Assembly (NCBI RefSeq): GCF_009914755.1
Contig: NC_060947.1
DNA: 64,000 bases
From: the human T2T-CHM13v2.0 reference genome, Homo sapiens
Reading direction: 5' to 3' (one strand)
The notes beneath the pieces are model-generated. The model was given only the letters and a program-made list of their open reading frames with translations. It searched no databases and was not told the DNA's origin. How positions within the stretch are numbered: position 1 is the first letter of the stretch; the number at the start of each line of letters is the position of its first letter. The position numbers and the translations under genes were made by a program. Below are positions 34,995 to 52,138 of this stretch, piece by piece.

Positions 34995-35146
34995 CTTTTT
35001 TTATTTTTTATTTACTTTATTTTTATTTTTAGAGATGAGGTCTGGCTATGTTGACCAGGCTGCTCTCAAACTTCTGGCCTCAAGCAGTCCTCCCATCTTG
35101 GCCTCTCAAAGTGCTGGAATTACAGGTGTGAGCCACCACGCCTGGC
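34995..35146 (-). mobile_element. FLAM / free left Alu monomer
   Basis: ~130-bp monomer with T-rich tail. TSD tcaacttt. Confidence 0.85.
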
Positions 35147-35429
35147 CTCAACTTTTCAGTAAATTAACCTGGAACACAGAAAGTCAGAGAAATGAAATAA
35201 TAATTCCAAGTTATGCAAATAAGTACATTTATGTACAAAGGGATTGTATTAGGTGATCTTGAGCATCACTTTCAGCTCTAAAAAGTTCTTATATTGCCAA
35301 AGCTAGGTAGTACGTTCATCCTTGTTCTGCTCAAACATTAAATGCTTAAATGTTGAATTAATTTCTTCTCTGATTCATCACACCAGTATTGATATTATAA
35401 TATTGTGACATCATTCCTACTGGTCACAA

Positions 35430-36430
35430 ATTCATCTATTCATTCAACAAATATTTATCAAAAAAAAGTTTATCAGATACCTACAATGTGCCAAACCCTG
35501 TTTTTTTCAGTGGAGATTCAGTGATGAGAAACTAAAAAAAAAAAAAAAAAAAAAGAAAGGCCTTTGAGCATATATTCACATATATTCTAGTGTTGTAGAG
35601 CATCAAAATAAATATGTAGTATAATATCATACAATGATAAGTGATAAGGAAAATAAAGGTGAGTAAAATAATTCATTAAAGAATGATAGAGACACTTGTT
35701 TTTAAAGTTGGCCAGGGCAGGACCCCTCCAAGGGAGTAACATTTAGGCAGCTGTTTGAATCAAGTGAGGAGACGATTTGCGTGAGTAACTGAGGGAAGAG
35801 CTTTCCATGAAGGAGGAACAACTAGTGCAGAGGCTGTAAGGAATGAGCATGAGTACAAACACACGTAAGGTATAACAGGAAGAGCAAGACCAGTGGCTGG
35901 ATTGCAGCAAGTGAGGGAGAACGTAGAAGGAGCAAGGATAGTTCTGATGTGAAATCATGGAAGACATTGTATAAGGGAAAGTCATTAGAGAATTGAAAAG
36001 AGATAATGACACAGGGGTGAGGATGACTGGATGAGGAAGAAGGGAGGTTGTCGGGGTGATGAATCAAGAGTTTGGTTTGAGAGGTGGGAAGTTTGAGACG
36101 CCTATTAGGCATCCAAGTGGAGATGTAGATATGTGAGCCTAGAGTATAAGGGGAAGGTACACATTAAAGACAGAAATCTAGGAGCCATCGCCATGGAAAT
36201 TGTGTTTAAAGCCATTAGACTGGTTAAGGTGACCTAAAACACATGAACAGACGGAGAAGAGAGAGGTCCAAGGACTCAGGTCTGGAGTACTCCAACGTTT
36301 AAAAGTTTGGAAGATGAGAAGAATTTTAACGAAGGTGTAGGGGAACTTAAAAGGTACAGCCTATGTGGTAGGAGGAAGCCAGAAAATTCTGTTGGCCTGA
36401 GAGCCAAATGACAAAAATGTTTGAAGAAGG
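35430..36430 (-). mobile_element. L2 (L2a-like) 3' portion
   Basis: ttcattcaacaaatatttat...aagtttgagacgcctattaggcatccaagtggagatg...gaggtccaaggactcagg. Confidence 0.75.
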
Positions 36431-36980
36431 ATCTTTTGACTAGGCTCTGTGCATTGATTAAAAAGGTATTATATGTAAGGCATTGAACACAGACAGCAGA
36501 GAGGAGCTAGTGACTTCAGAACCCTCTAAGTATTTTATTGAGAAAATGTAGACTCATATCATGCATCTATTCTTTTACTTTGTTATTTGTTAGGATAGCA
36601 CATGCATTAGATTTTTTTCCTCTATCATAGCTGACTATTTCCAGATCAATCAAAATGTCCCTATTAAGTTGTCAGTTACATCACAGATAATTGCCATAAG
36701 CCATTCATTTCATGTTTTTAGTATCCTGTGCAATAAAACGCTATGAAACACTTTGAACAGTTATTCAGTGAAATCTCAATTATCTGGAATTCTAGTAAGC
36801 ATATATCTGTTTATAGATAACCAGGATTTTCCAAATTTGAGCATTAACCATTTGAATGCTAGAATATTTTTTTAAGGAAAAGCCTTCTAAAGTGCATTAT
36901 TATATTGAGCACCAGCCATGTGCTAGGCGTTTTATTAGGCACTATAACTATACATTCTTATAGCTTATGGACCTTTGTAA

Positions 36981-37331
<351 letters not shown>

Positions 37332-37342
37332 CCAACTGTTAG

Positions 37343-37346
37343 TTTT

Positions 37347-37381
<35 letters not shown>

Positions 37382-37583
37382 TTTGAGATGGGGACTCACT
37401 CTGTTACCCCAGCTGGAGTGCAATGGTATGATCACAGCTTACTGCAGCCTCGACCTCCTGGGCTCAGGTGATCATCCCACCCCACCCTCCTGAATAGCTG
37501 GGACTACAGGCACATTGCTACCACGCCCAGCTAAATTTTGTATTTTTTGTAAAGATGGGGTTTCGCCATGTTGCCCAGGCTGG
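37343..37583 (-). mobile_element. 5'-truncated AluJ
   Basis: actgcagcctcgacctcctgggctcagg. Ends at caggctgg, followed by ccaactgtaa. Confidence 0.85.
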
Positions 37584-38148
37584 CCAACTGTAATTCAACT
37601 ACATCTTAATGATCTTAGATTATCATCAATTCCTCTCAGCTGCTGTAGAGATATTTATCTGATAATGCAGTATCATATGCCTAGAAGGCTTTTTTTCTCT
37701 ATCCTTCTGAAACTTTATTTCATTTTTTGCTTTAAGAAGGTCACATAGGTGCTCTATAGGCACAGATGATTGTTTGGCCCCTTGTGTGTGAATAAATGCA
37801 CATATGCCTCTTTCTCATCGTTTTCAGTCATTCTGTGTACATATATGTCTCACAGAAATACTCATGCATAGACACACAGACACACACACACACACACATG
37901 CTATACATTTCAGGGCACTATATTGAAGCAAATATGACTATTCATTTTCTTGCTCACACATACACACACATGTACACATGTCTCTGATGCCACTGAGGCA
38001 CCTGGCCAAGTGGTTAATTAACCTTTGCACAAATATATTTTAGAAAAGTTATGTGGCATCAAGGGCTACATTACTGTTGGTCCTCACAACTTCTTACCCT
38101 CAAGGAATTCAGGGATGGTCAATCTTCTCCTTAGAAATGACTTTATTC

Positions 38149-38450
38149 GGCTGGGCGCAGTGGCTCACGCCTGTAATGCCAGAACTTTGGGAGGCTGAGA
38201 TGGGTGGATCACGAGGTCAAGAGTTCAATACCAGCCTGGCCAAGATGGTGAAACCTCATCTCTACTAAAAATACAAAAATTAGCCGGGCATGGTGGCGGG
38301 CACCTGTAATCCCAGCTACTTGCGAGGCTGAGGCAGAAAATTGCTTGAACCCGGGAGGCGGAGGTTGCAGTGAGCCAAGATCACACCACTGCATTCCAGC
38401 CTGGGTGACAGAGGAAGACTGTCTCAAAAAAAAACAACAACAAAAAAAAG
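38149..38450 (+). mobile_element. AluSg-like
   Basis: TSD gactttattc. Confidence 0.92.
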
Positions 38451-38659
38451 ACTTTATTCTCTGTTGTCAGTGTATGTTAACCCTTTTATTGCATTTAATT
38501 TCTACAGGTGTTAGTCTACTATTATTTTTGTTCCAGTATCTCATCAAGTCAAATAAGCACAGAGTAAGAATTTCAAAGCTAGAGAGGGCTGACAATAATA
38601 GAAAACAGAAACATACTCAATATATACTCCTCTCTCACTATGAAGCTGGGGCATTGCAT

Positions 38660-39250
38660 GACCAGAGGAGTGGTACTTTAGTAAGATTGCTCTGCCAATC
38701 TAGTCATTGCATGCAGAATGAATAAAAAAAGGGAGAGACTGAAAACAGGAAAATCAGTTAAGAGAGTCAAATATTTCCTATGTGCCGCTCAGTGTTCTGG
38801 GCCTTCAGTCTCAGAGAGTAATGAAACGGATGAGGTGCCTGCTCTCATGGAGCTAAAATTTACTTGGGCATGGAATGGGGTTTGGGATTCAGTGCTATGT
38901 TGTGCTAAGTGCTATGGAAGGAAATAAAACCAGGTTATGTGATGGTGACTGGGGAGCCACTTTAGGTTAGGAGGGCCTTTTTGTCGTGGTGACGTTTGAG
39001 CTGAGGCCTGAAATATAGAAAGATTCCAGACATGTAAAGATCTAGTTAAAAGCATTTTAGGCAGGGAGAATAGCTTGTTCAAAATTGTATGGAAATGGAC
39101 ATAAACTTAGCATATTCAAGAAACAAAAAGAAGGCCAATATGGCTGGTTGTGTGGTTAACAAAGGGGAGATTAGTATAAGATGAAAACTGAGAAAAAGGT
39201 AGGGACAAATCATGTAGGTCCTTGTTGGCCAGGATAAGGAGTTTGGAGAT
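38660..39250 (-). mobile_element. L2 fragment
   Basis: gtgcctgctctcatggagct...ggtgacgtttgagctgaggcctgaa...gtaggtccttgttggccaggataaggagtttgga. Confidence 0.7.
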
Positions 39251-42239
39251 AACTATACTAATCCAAGTGTTCAGTAAATATTATTATCACTATTGAGTTG
39301 AGTTTTAACTAGACAGTTCTCTAAATGAGTTAGTCAGTGTTTAGGAATAACCCATGCTCACAGCATCATTAAATGTTTACTGTTAATTCTCACTGCTCTT
39401 TCTCGGTTTCTTGCAAGGCATTGTTGCAAAACTAATTTATCACATACGTTCCTAGTTGGGGTTCTTAAAAGAACATTTCTTTTTCTAGTATGACAGTACA
39501 GAACATGTGTGTGTATATATGTATATGTCTGTGTGTATACTTGCATATACTATGTCTGAAAAATACTTTTATTCTGATTGACCCTTTGTACATTTCTCAA
39601 ATAATATAGTTTAACTACCCTTGAGCCAGAAACTGTGTCAGATGCTAGAGATCTAATGGCGAATAAGTCATAGTACTTGTCCTAAAGATTACAGTATAAA
39701 TAATGTATTCTTTTGATCACAAGAAAGCTTCGTCCACAACTTTGAAGGAACAAGTACTGGCTATTCTCCTTTATTATTTTATGCAAATTATTATGTTTCA
39801 TAAGGACTCATTGCCAGCATTTATTTTGTTTATGGACTTTGAAAGTAGGAGTTTCATTAACTCTCAGTTTGGACAGTATTATCTTTACATGCAGTTAGTG
39901 CAGTGACTGTCATCATCCTTATTAGAATACCACCAGGACATCTGGCAAGATGTCTAATATAAAGCAGCTATGTTATCTATTTCCAATCAAATGATTCTTT
40001 GGTGCTTCGATGTCCTGTAACTTCTCCACTTATGTAATTCTCTGCCATAATCTAATTTGTAAAGTGGGGTGGGAGTAAAAGAAAATTTAGAAAGAAACAC
40101 AGAGCACAAACCCTTTATCCTGGTAAAGCATCTCATGTTTCAATTTGCAGTTGTTTTGGTAAAGTATAAAACAAGAAATATGATTATAAATATAGTTTTT
40201 ATTTTTTACTGTGGGTAGGATGTTTTTTGACTAACACATGCTTTTAATTGCCTAATCTATTTTGGCTTTACCTTTAGAGAAAAATTACTGCACTTTGCTG
40301 CATCTGTCAAAAATGACACGATAATTCTTTGAGTCAAAACAGGGTACATGAAATGTGATTTTTGTTTATTTTCTGAAGAATAGCAGAACTCATTTTTTGA
40401 CACATCCTTTACTGTGGTTAAGACTCCATGGCATAGAACAGACTGCTTATTTTGAGGTTGCAAAGTACAGCTAACCTACAAGAATAAGCTCTCTAATATC
40501 TTCTATCAAACCAAGAAATGATCTGTTTCACATGCACATAGAAAAGAATTGATTTTCTTACACAGGATGCTGCCACTTGGACTGTACATAGAGTTGATTT
40601 GTAATATAAATTAACTCACCAATTATCGATTGTTCCATCTGACTTTGAACACATTAAGAATCTGCAAAAAGTTTCTGAGTTATCAATAATAAGAAAGCTG
40701 TGTATGAAATGTAATGGGGTGCGTCAGCTGGATCCGAGTTAGATATTGCTGTAAATGTTGCTTAGCTTTGCCATCTGTCACATACTCTTTTTGCATAATA
40801 TTTTAATCCATTAAAATGTGTCTTTTTCTTTTAAAAAACATTAGCTTACTTAGGTTACAATGAAAACCCTTTAAGAAACAGTCAGTGACCACTGACCTTT
40901 CCATGTCTTAAGTTACTTTGTAACTGTTTTTGCCTTTGTGCCCCCTCATTAAGATGAATAATGACAATCCTTAGAAACAGGAAATGCCAAGCTCCCAGTT
41001 GCAATGCTAACAAGTAGGAAGTCCCATTAACTTTTCAACTTCTCAGACAAGAAATAAATTTGGACATGAGACATTATTTCTGAAACTACTTGTCCTCAGG
41101 AGCAGTGATTGAATGAACTAAGGACTTGCTTTCACTAAGTGGAATGGAAAACTCATGTCACAGCATGTCAGTTTCTGCTTAATGAATGAGATATTCCCTG
41201 GGGAATAAATTAGGCGCCTCACGTACATAACTCTTTTAGGGTACCCAGACCTCATTGATTTCCTTTTGTAGAATAGTACCCACGTGACTTATAAGACTCA
41301 CTGTACAACTAAACTGACTGACTTTGACCCTCATGAATAGTTTTGTCACCTGGGAGGGTTTGGTTAGAAATGGTCTCCACCCCTTAATAAGAAAGTCAGC
41401 TCTTTGCTCCCTGTTGGCTCACTGCTCTCAGGCCACTAAATGAAAGGCACTTGGGTGTCATTTAGAGCCATTTACCAAATGAACTATCTTGGCCTGAGAA
41501 AGTTAAGCACTGTTGGGCCTGGCAATTTACCATAATCAAAGAGCTAGAGCAGAAAATATGCAAGATCTGATTTCTGGCCAATTTGTGTTTTTCCCGTGTT
41601 GCTCTTGGCAGATCTCTGTTTTGAGTAGCCCACTCTTCTACTTCTCTCCATGTTATTAATTTGTAAAGTGAAACAAATTACTGACCCTTGAATTGTGCTA
41701 TTACACATGCTTGAGTAATTTTATTTCATTTGCAGAGAATTTCATTTCATTTATGTATTATTTATACTCTACCTACTTCCGAAACAATGTGTACTGGCTT
41801 ATTTTAATTGTAATTCAAATCATCTGAGTATTTTTCCAAGTCCTGTCCTGAAGAAGACTTGTGTCATCACACATCATTTCACATTTACTGTGCTATGGTG
41901 ATATATTGGTTATGATGCAATTTCTCTGGCCACCTAAAAACGACTGTATTAACAAAACATCATGCCTGCAGTCTAATGTAACTTCTTTTGTTGTGGTGTG
42001 GTCTATTGGGAAAGAACATGCAACTTACAGTTATGTGCTTAGTTCTACCATTTATGTGACCTAGGGAAAGTCATTTGCCACATCTTGCTCAAGTTTACTC
42101 AGTTTTAAATGTAGTTGTTAATGCTTACTCCCCAAACCTTTCAAGGTTATGGAAATCAATGCAGTAAATACTGCATATAAAATGTCTGTGAATTCCCATA
42201 TTTCTCCAGTTAACACCAGGAAGAATAATTGTCAGCTGA

Positions 42240-42599
<360 letters not shown>

Positions 42600-42894
42600 T
42601 CAGGCACTGTTCAGACAAATGAGGGATGGAGATGTGACAAGAGAGAGTTCCTATTTTGAGGAGCCACAGTGTTGTGGTGAAAAAGGCCCAGCACACAAAC
42701 AATTATAAAATTCCCAATGGGATAAGTGGCACAAGTGAGGTATGCAAAAGTGTCATAGCTGACAGGAAGAGGAAGCAATGAACTCTGGCCAGGAAAATGG
42801 GAACTAAGTGAAAAATTAGGGTAAAACAAGATAACGTGTGGGAAATTCCTTCAGAAACACTCTGTGGATACTAAGACACAATCTTATCAATGTC

Positions 42895-43970
<1,076 letters not shown>

Positions 43971-45247
43971 CTCCCATCACCCATCAACACAGAAGTGGAC
44001 ATCTTTATTGCTGGAATCCAGCACTGGAATCCCTTGGTGGTCCTTTTGATCTCTGTTTCAGTACCTATAGAAACGACAAGGACTTAACCAGCTCTTGAAA
44101 CAGCTGACTACATTTTTGGACAGTTGTAATTACTAGAGAGTTCTGAATTTGAGCCAAGATCTACTTTTCCTGGAACTTCCACCCATTGATCCTATGTCTG
44201 CTTTCTGACACTACATAGACTAAACCTTCTTCCACATAACTGTAAAAGTATTGGAAAACATCTCCCATGCCTCCTGCTTGAATTCCACATTCCCATGTAA
44301 AAAGAAAGTGACATTTGAGAGCAATTAGATTTCATTATTCCATTGAGCATTTATTTATGGGGTGCCTATTGTGTGCAAATTGTTATACAGTGTGCTAGCA
44401 ATCGCAGAGAAAATGAATAGCACCAGATTCGCATGTACAAAGTATGTACTCTGCACTAAGCTATTCCACTGCTACCCAAAATGTGCAATTATCATTTAAG
44501 ATACAAACTAATGAATAGAATTATTGCCTGCACTTATTTAAATCAGGGTTTAAATAAGCAGTGTCTTGCTGGGTGCACCTGTATACATGCCTTAATTACC
44601 CCACAGGATTACAAACCTGTGGGCAGAAACTGCTAATACAGCCTTGTATTTCCTACCACACCTAGCACAGGTTCTTTGGCAGAGTAAATGAGCAATAAAT
44701 ATTTTTGAATGAGTGAGAGAAATGCTGTATTCATTAATGCTGTCCTTCAGATAATTGCTCTAAATGATGTTCACATGTGATCATAACAATAACAAATACA
44801 ATTTTACTTTGCTGTTTGAATTTCTTCAAGTTTTGTGTGCCACATTAAATAGCACTAGAGAAGCAAATTTTCCCAGAAGAAATGTCGTAGTAAAATGTTT
44901 GAAAGACAGCAAGGTAATTCAACAGCCAGAAATACAGAGCTTTATAGTACTGATCAGTCTTCAACTCTTTTTGAAAAGATTCACTGTTATCAACTGAGAA
45001 CCTCTCCACCACCATGTGAGCCCAGTAAAGGCATTTTCTAGGTTACCATCCTGGGGTGCTCCTTTGGTACCAATTGTTCTAATATTATTATTATAGTGGA
45101 AAATGCAACAACATCATTGAACCTGTACCCTGACCTTTCAGTTGGCCTTGGTGTAGAGCATCACACAGTCAAAGAATCAAGTTCAGATCAGATTTTAATC
45201 CCACTACATTACTGTTTGCTCTGCTTTTTGAGGAGATTGCAATGACT

Positions 45248-45257
45248 ATATATATAT

Positions 45258-45298
<41 letters not shown>

Positions 45299-45336
45299 CG
45301 TACAGACATACATATATACACATATATGTATACACA
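45248..45336. repeat. (TA)n/(CA)n microsatellite
   Basis: Uninterrupted CA run at about 45259-45296. Confidence 0.95.
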
Positions 45337-45426
45337 CTGTATTTTATATATCTATGGAAAATATGTATTTCCATTCTGTAGTCTATGAAAACTTGTATGA
45401 ATGGGGCAAGGTACAATACACAATAA

Positions 45427-45745
<319 letters not shown>

Positions 45746-46267
45746 TGTTAAAAACTTTTTGAGTGCCTATTTGTGAACAAGAAACCTTTCTGCTGTCTCA
45801 TCTGGCATAACCTTAACATCACGCATTTATTTGTGCTACCTAACATAATTAGCCATGATAGAAAACTTTAATGTAAAAGAAAAGAAAAGAAAACTTTAAT
45901 GTAGCATCAAATCTTGAAAAATCATTTTAAGATTCAGTTGATTATTTTATTAGCCAGGACCTCTGTGAAATGACTCTAGGATGAGAACTAAAATATAATG
46001 GAATGGGAGAGGTTCATTCATTATGTTAGAGATTTGGATAGTGCTAGGCCTTTAATTAATTAACATTTCATTAATAATCTGTAAGGAGTACCAGTAAACA
46101 GCACTTTAATTAAGTTCATGGGTAATACATTAATAGGTATAGAAAATACCAATGAAGACAGGAAAATAATTCAAATAGACCAGATAATTTATAAGATATA
46201 GGAAAATAACAGGAATTCCACTGGCCGCATGCAGTTCCCTACTCAAGCAAATAAAAGGCAGTATTCA

Positions 46268-46642
<375 letters not shown>

Positions 46643-47454
46643 TCAACAATATAATGGCTACAAGAAGCAAAAACTTTTGTTTCTGGTGGGGCCTCTGAAT
46701 ATATTTCTACATATAGAAATGTAAGAATACAAGAAATACATACAAGAAATATGAATAAATTTTTATATATTTTGGCTTTATGCATCTTAGAAACAAAATG
46801 ATTGTATCATCTGAATGACAGGGCTAGTAAAGAACCTACATTTACTGAATGCAAACTACTGGCCAGTTCCTGTATTTAGGCATGATAAATACATTGTGTT
46901 TTCTTTAATCTTGTCTCTTTTTATAAGTTCAGATACATGAAAATTAACAAGGTTTCATATCCATTAAGTGGTAGAGCTTGGTTTTAACCCCGATCTTTCT
47001 ATGGTACTTCCAATAATGATATGGACGATTGCATGATTTTATGTGTGAGCACATGTGTGTAAAACAGGTTTGGATACATTTACCGTCAACTAAATGGTAT
47101 ACTAATCAGTGATACTCAGATATTTTTCAGTAAGTTTCAGTTTAGGGGGGATTTGTACATGTAAAATGGCTCCAGGAGTCTGTTTGACTAATTAGGCCAC
47201 CTGGGGTCTCATATAATAGTTATTTTAGGTTTCCACTGAGTCAGTACCCAGTTATACATGTTGTTTGACATTGGTCATTTTAATGAATACTTGAGCCTTA
47301 GGAAACTTTATCCATTATGGCAATAATTTTATATATTTACTCTTGGCCTTGACATCATTCCCAGGCAGAAGTAGAAGTGGTCATCATCATTTTCCTTCTA
47401 ATGACTTAAACCAAGTCATTTGCTGTTGAAACTTTAACAGCAAATAAAACTAGC

Positions 47455-47455
<1 letters not shown>

Positions 47456-47502
<47 letters not shown>

Positions 47503-47511
47503 GAGAGAGAG
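47456..47511. repeat. (GT)~22 microsatellite followed by (AG)n
   Basis: Direct reading. Confidence 0.95.
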
Positions 47512-47668
47512 ACAGACTGGAATCCGTTTTGTTTTTCCTATCTCTAAAGTGCATGAATTAAAAAGATACTAAACATACATCTTTGAATCAGTTCATCAGG
47601 AACACATTTTTGAAAACCAGAAGGACTCTGGATAAGTACAACTTGTTTTGGTTATAAGAAACATAACT

Positions 47669-48019
<351 letters not shown>

Positions 48020-48069
48020 TCAACATATAAAGGACTATTTTTTACTGTCATTTTTCAGCACAAGTTTTT

Positions 48070-49751
48070 TTTTTGTTTTTTTTTTGTTTTTTTGTTTGTT
48101 TTTATTGATCATTCTTGGGTGTTTCTCGTATAGGGGGATTTGGCAGGGTCATAGGACAATAGTGGAGGGAAGGTCAGCAGATAAACAAGTGAACAAAAGT
48201 CTCTGGTTTTCCTAGGCAAAGGACCCTGTGGCCTACCGCAGTGTTTGTGTCCCTGGGTACTTGAGATTAGGGAGTGGTGATGACTCTTAACGAGCATGCT
48301 GCCTTCAAGCATCTGTTTAACAAAGCCCATCTTGCACCGCCCTTAATCCAATTAACCCTGAGTGGACACAGCACATGTTTCAGAGAGCACCGGGTTGGGG
48401 GTAAGGTCATAGATCAACAGCATCCCAAGGCAGAAGAATCTTTCTTAGTACAGAACAAAATGGAGTCTCCCATGTCCACTTCTTTCTACACAGACACAGC
48501 AACAATCTGATTTCTCTATCTTTTCCCCACATTTCCCCCTTTTCTACTCGACAAAACTGCCATCGTCATCATGGCCCGTTCTCAATGAGCTGCTGGGTAC
48601 ACCTCCCAGACGGGGTGGCGGCCGGGCAGAGGGGCTCCTCACTTCCCAGAAGGGGCGGCCGGGCAGAGGTGCCCCCCCCACCTCCCAGACGGGGCGGCTG
48701 GCCGGGCAGGGGCTGCCCCCCCAACCTCCCTCCCGGGAGGGGCGGCTGGCCCGGCGGGGGCTGTCCCCCCGCCCCACCTCCCTCCTGGGCGGGGCAGCTG
48801 GCCGGGCGGGGGCTGCCCCCCCCACCTCCCTCCTGGGTGGGGCGGCTGGCCAGGCGGGGGCTGCCCCCCCTTCACCTCCCAGACGGGGCGGCTGCCGGGC
48901 GGAGACGCTCCTCACTTCCCAGATGGGGCGGCTGCCGGGCGGAGGGGCTCCTCACTTCTCAGACGGGGCGGCTGCCGGGCGGAGGGGCTCCTCACTTCTC
49001 AGACGGGGCGGCTGCCGGGCAGAGGGGCTCCTCACTTCTCAGACGGGGCGGCCGGGCGGAGGGGCTCCTCACCTCCCAAACGGGGTTGCGGCCGGACAGA
49101 GGCGCTCCTCACATCCCAGACGGGGCGGCGGGGCAGAGGCACTCCCCACATCTCAGACGATGGGCGGCCGGGCAGAGACGCTCCTCACTTCCTAGACGGG
49201 ATGGCGGCCGGGAAGAGGCGCTCCTCACTTCCCAGACTGGGCAGCCGGGCAGAGGGGCTCCTCACATCTCAGATGATGGGCGGCCAGGCAGAGACGCTCC
49301 TTGCTTCCCAGACTGGGTGGCGGCCGGGCAGAGGCTGCAATCTCCGCACTTTGGGAGGCCAAGGCAGGCGGCTGGGAGGTGGAGGTTGTAGCTAGCCGAG
49401 ATCACGCCACTGCACTCAGCCTGGGCAACATTGAGCACTGAGTGAACGAGACTCCGTCTGCAATCCCGGCACCTCGGGAGGCCGAGGCTGGCAGATCACT
49501 CGCGGTTAAGAGCTGGAGACCAGCCCGGCCAACACAGCGAAACCCCGTCTCCACCAAAAAAATACGAAAACCAGTCAGGCGTGGCGGCGCGTGCCTGCAG
49601 TCGCAGGCACTCGGCAGGCTGAGGCAGGAGAATCAGGCAGGGAGGTTGCAGTGAGCCGAGATGGCAGCAGTACAGTCCAGCTTCGGCTCGGCATCTGAGG
49701 GAGACCGTGGGGAGAGGGACAGGGACAGGGACAGGGAGAGGGAGAGGGAGA
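48070..49751 (-). mobile_element. Full-length SVA retrotransposon, antisense to DIAPH2, older-subfamily-like (SVA_B/C type)
   Basis: Order on the minus strand: (CCCTCT/CCCTGT)n hexamer ~49710-49751, Alu-like region ~49330-49700, GC-rich VNTR ~48600-49330, SINE-R ~48107-48600, AATAAA (TTTATT 48101-48106), poly-A. TSD ACAAGTTTTT at 48060-48069 and 49752-49761, at a TTTT/AAAA L1 endonuclease site. Confidence 0.95.
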
Positions 49752-50484
49752 ACAAGTTTTTAAAATAACTTTTTTTTAATTTTTATTTTATTTGAGTTCA
49801 TTCCTAAAACTATATGTGGTAGTAAATTTGTAAACAAAGTCAGGACTTATTTTGCTAAGTCACCGCAGTGAGTTCCTTACATAAATAAGGAAGACACCTG
49901 TTTATTAGTCACAAAGTTCCAACCACATCTTGTTTTGCACTTCTAAGAGATGGAATACCCCCAATGAGTTTCCTTTGCTAAGCACAGAGAAGGAAACAAT
50001 GCTGATTTCTAGACTTTATAGCTAAGCAACATTTATGCTTTCAGAAATGACCTCAGAATCCTCCTCAACACAGCATTCTAGGCAGCATTTATCAATTGCT
50101 TTGAGTTGTAATGCAAGCCGAAACATACTTATCTCCTCCAGAGTTTACCACTTAAATGGCTCATCATGAATGAGAATTGCCTTTAGTCATGACTCAGTGT
50201 GACATTAAGTAGTTTGGACATAAATTATTTGGAATATGATAGATAGCCTTTATATGAGAATTGTACCTGATATATATAAATTTTGCTAGCTGCATTCCAT
50301 AGAATAAGAGAATAAGGTGACTAGATCTTCAAGGTACTGAAGTTAGAAAAACTGATTGAAATGAAACTGTAAGAAATGCCTAAGTGGTACAATCTATGAT
50401 CATCTAGAACTGTTTCTGCTAGTCAATGTTAGATACTTTATCATGTGATTAACTGAAAATGTTCTTTAAAAAATGCCACAACTA

Positions 50485-50810
<326 letters not shown>

Positions 50811-51316
50811 AGACACTGCAACGGGGTGCCTTTCAAATATTAGCTGAAATGCTAGAGGAATATATCAGAGGAGAGAAAGCTCACCCCTAGAAGAAAATGT
50901 TAGGTATGGCTTCATAGAGAAGGTTGCATTAATTTCAGGCCTTGAAAGATGGGTAAGATGGTAGGCAGAAACTGGAACAGGGTCCACATTCCAGCTGTAC
51001 AGACTGTATAGAGTTTCTTGAGCCAGGATAATGAATCTCAAGGTATGTTCCCTGAAGACCTAGCTGAGTTAAGAGTACCTGGTAAGTCCAGCTAAATCCT
51101 CTCCCAACACCCCTTCCTACTGGATTTGGGAGCTATCCTTATGCCTCCCATTCTTACCCTGTTCCTCAATCTGAATGTTGATTGTCAGGGAACTTCAGTA
51201 TAATCCACGCTATTACTTAGCCCAAGTGGGAATAGTTTGTAGAAATGACTATAGCCGGTTGAACATTTCCATTCCAAAAATATGGATTAAGGGCCATGTT
51301 TCTTTATTGTTAGCAT

Positions 51317-51585
51317 TCTCGCTCTGTTGCCAGGCTGGAGTGCAGGGGCGCGATCTCGGCTCACTGTAACCTCTGAGTCCCTGGTTCAAGCGATTTTCCT
51401 GCCTAAGCCTCCGGAGTAGCTGGGATTACAGGCACGCGCCACCACGCCTAGTTAATTTTTGTATTTTTAGTAGAGACAGGGTTTCACCATGTTGGCTAGG
51501 GTGGTCTCAATCTCTTGACCTCGTGATCCGCGTGCCTCGGCCTCCCAAAGTGCTGGGACTACAGGCGTGAGCCACCACGCCCAAT
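51317..51585 (-). mobile_element. AluSc-like lacking its poly-A tail
   Basis: Begins abruptly at tctcgctctgttgccagg, with no T tract. Confidence 0.85.
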
Positions 51586-51619
51586 CAAGAAGAGCTTTTT
51601 AACTAGAGATTTTAAAACA

Positions 51620-52138
51620 AATAGACTTTAATTTTTAGAGAAGTTTTACATTTACAGAAAACATGAGCACATAGTACAGAGTTCTTATATCCCTTCTCTA
51701 CCTTTCAGTTTCCCTATTATTAATATCTTGCATTAGTATGGTACTTCTGTTGCAGTTGATGAACAAATATTGATATGTTAACAAAAGACTATAGTTTATA
51801 TTTGGGTTCACTCTATATGTTATACATATATGGGTTTTGACAAATGTATGTCATGTATCCACCATTATAGCATTATACAGAATAGTTTACTGCCCTAAAA
51901 ATCCCCTATGCTCTACCTTTTAATCCCTCCTTCCCTCCCCCTAACCCCTGGCAACCACTGACCTTTTTGATGTCTCCATAATTTTGCCTTCTTCAAAATG
52001 TCATACAAGTTGGAATTCTGTAAAAGAAGATTGCCTTCTTTTACTTAGCAATATGCATTTAAGGCTCTTCCATGTCATTTTGAGGCTTGATGGTTCATTG
52101 CTTGTTATTGCTTAATAATATTCCGTTATCTGGATGCC
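51620..52138 (-). mobile_element. L1MC (L1MC1/2-like) 3' UTR fragment
   Basis: Diagnostic blocks atcttgcattagtatggtac, gggttttgacaaatgtat and cctggcaaccactgacctttt. Confidence 0.75.

Noticed and set aside
48544-49654. Long ORFs (268 aa, 123 aa and others)
   Set aside because: They lie entirely within the GC-rich SVA VNTR/Alu-like region, where stop-poor low-complexity frames are expected.
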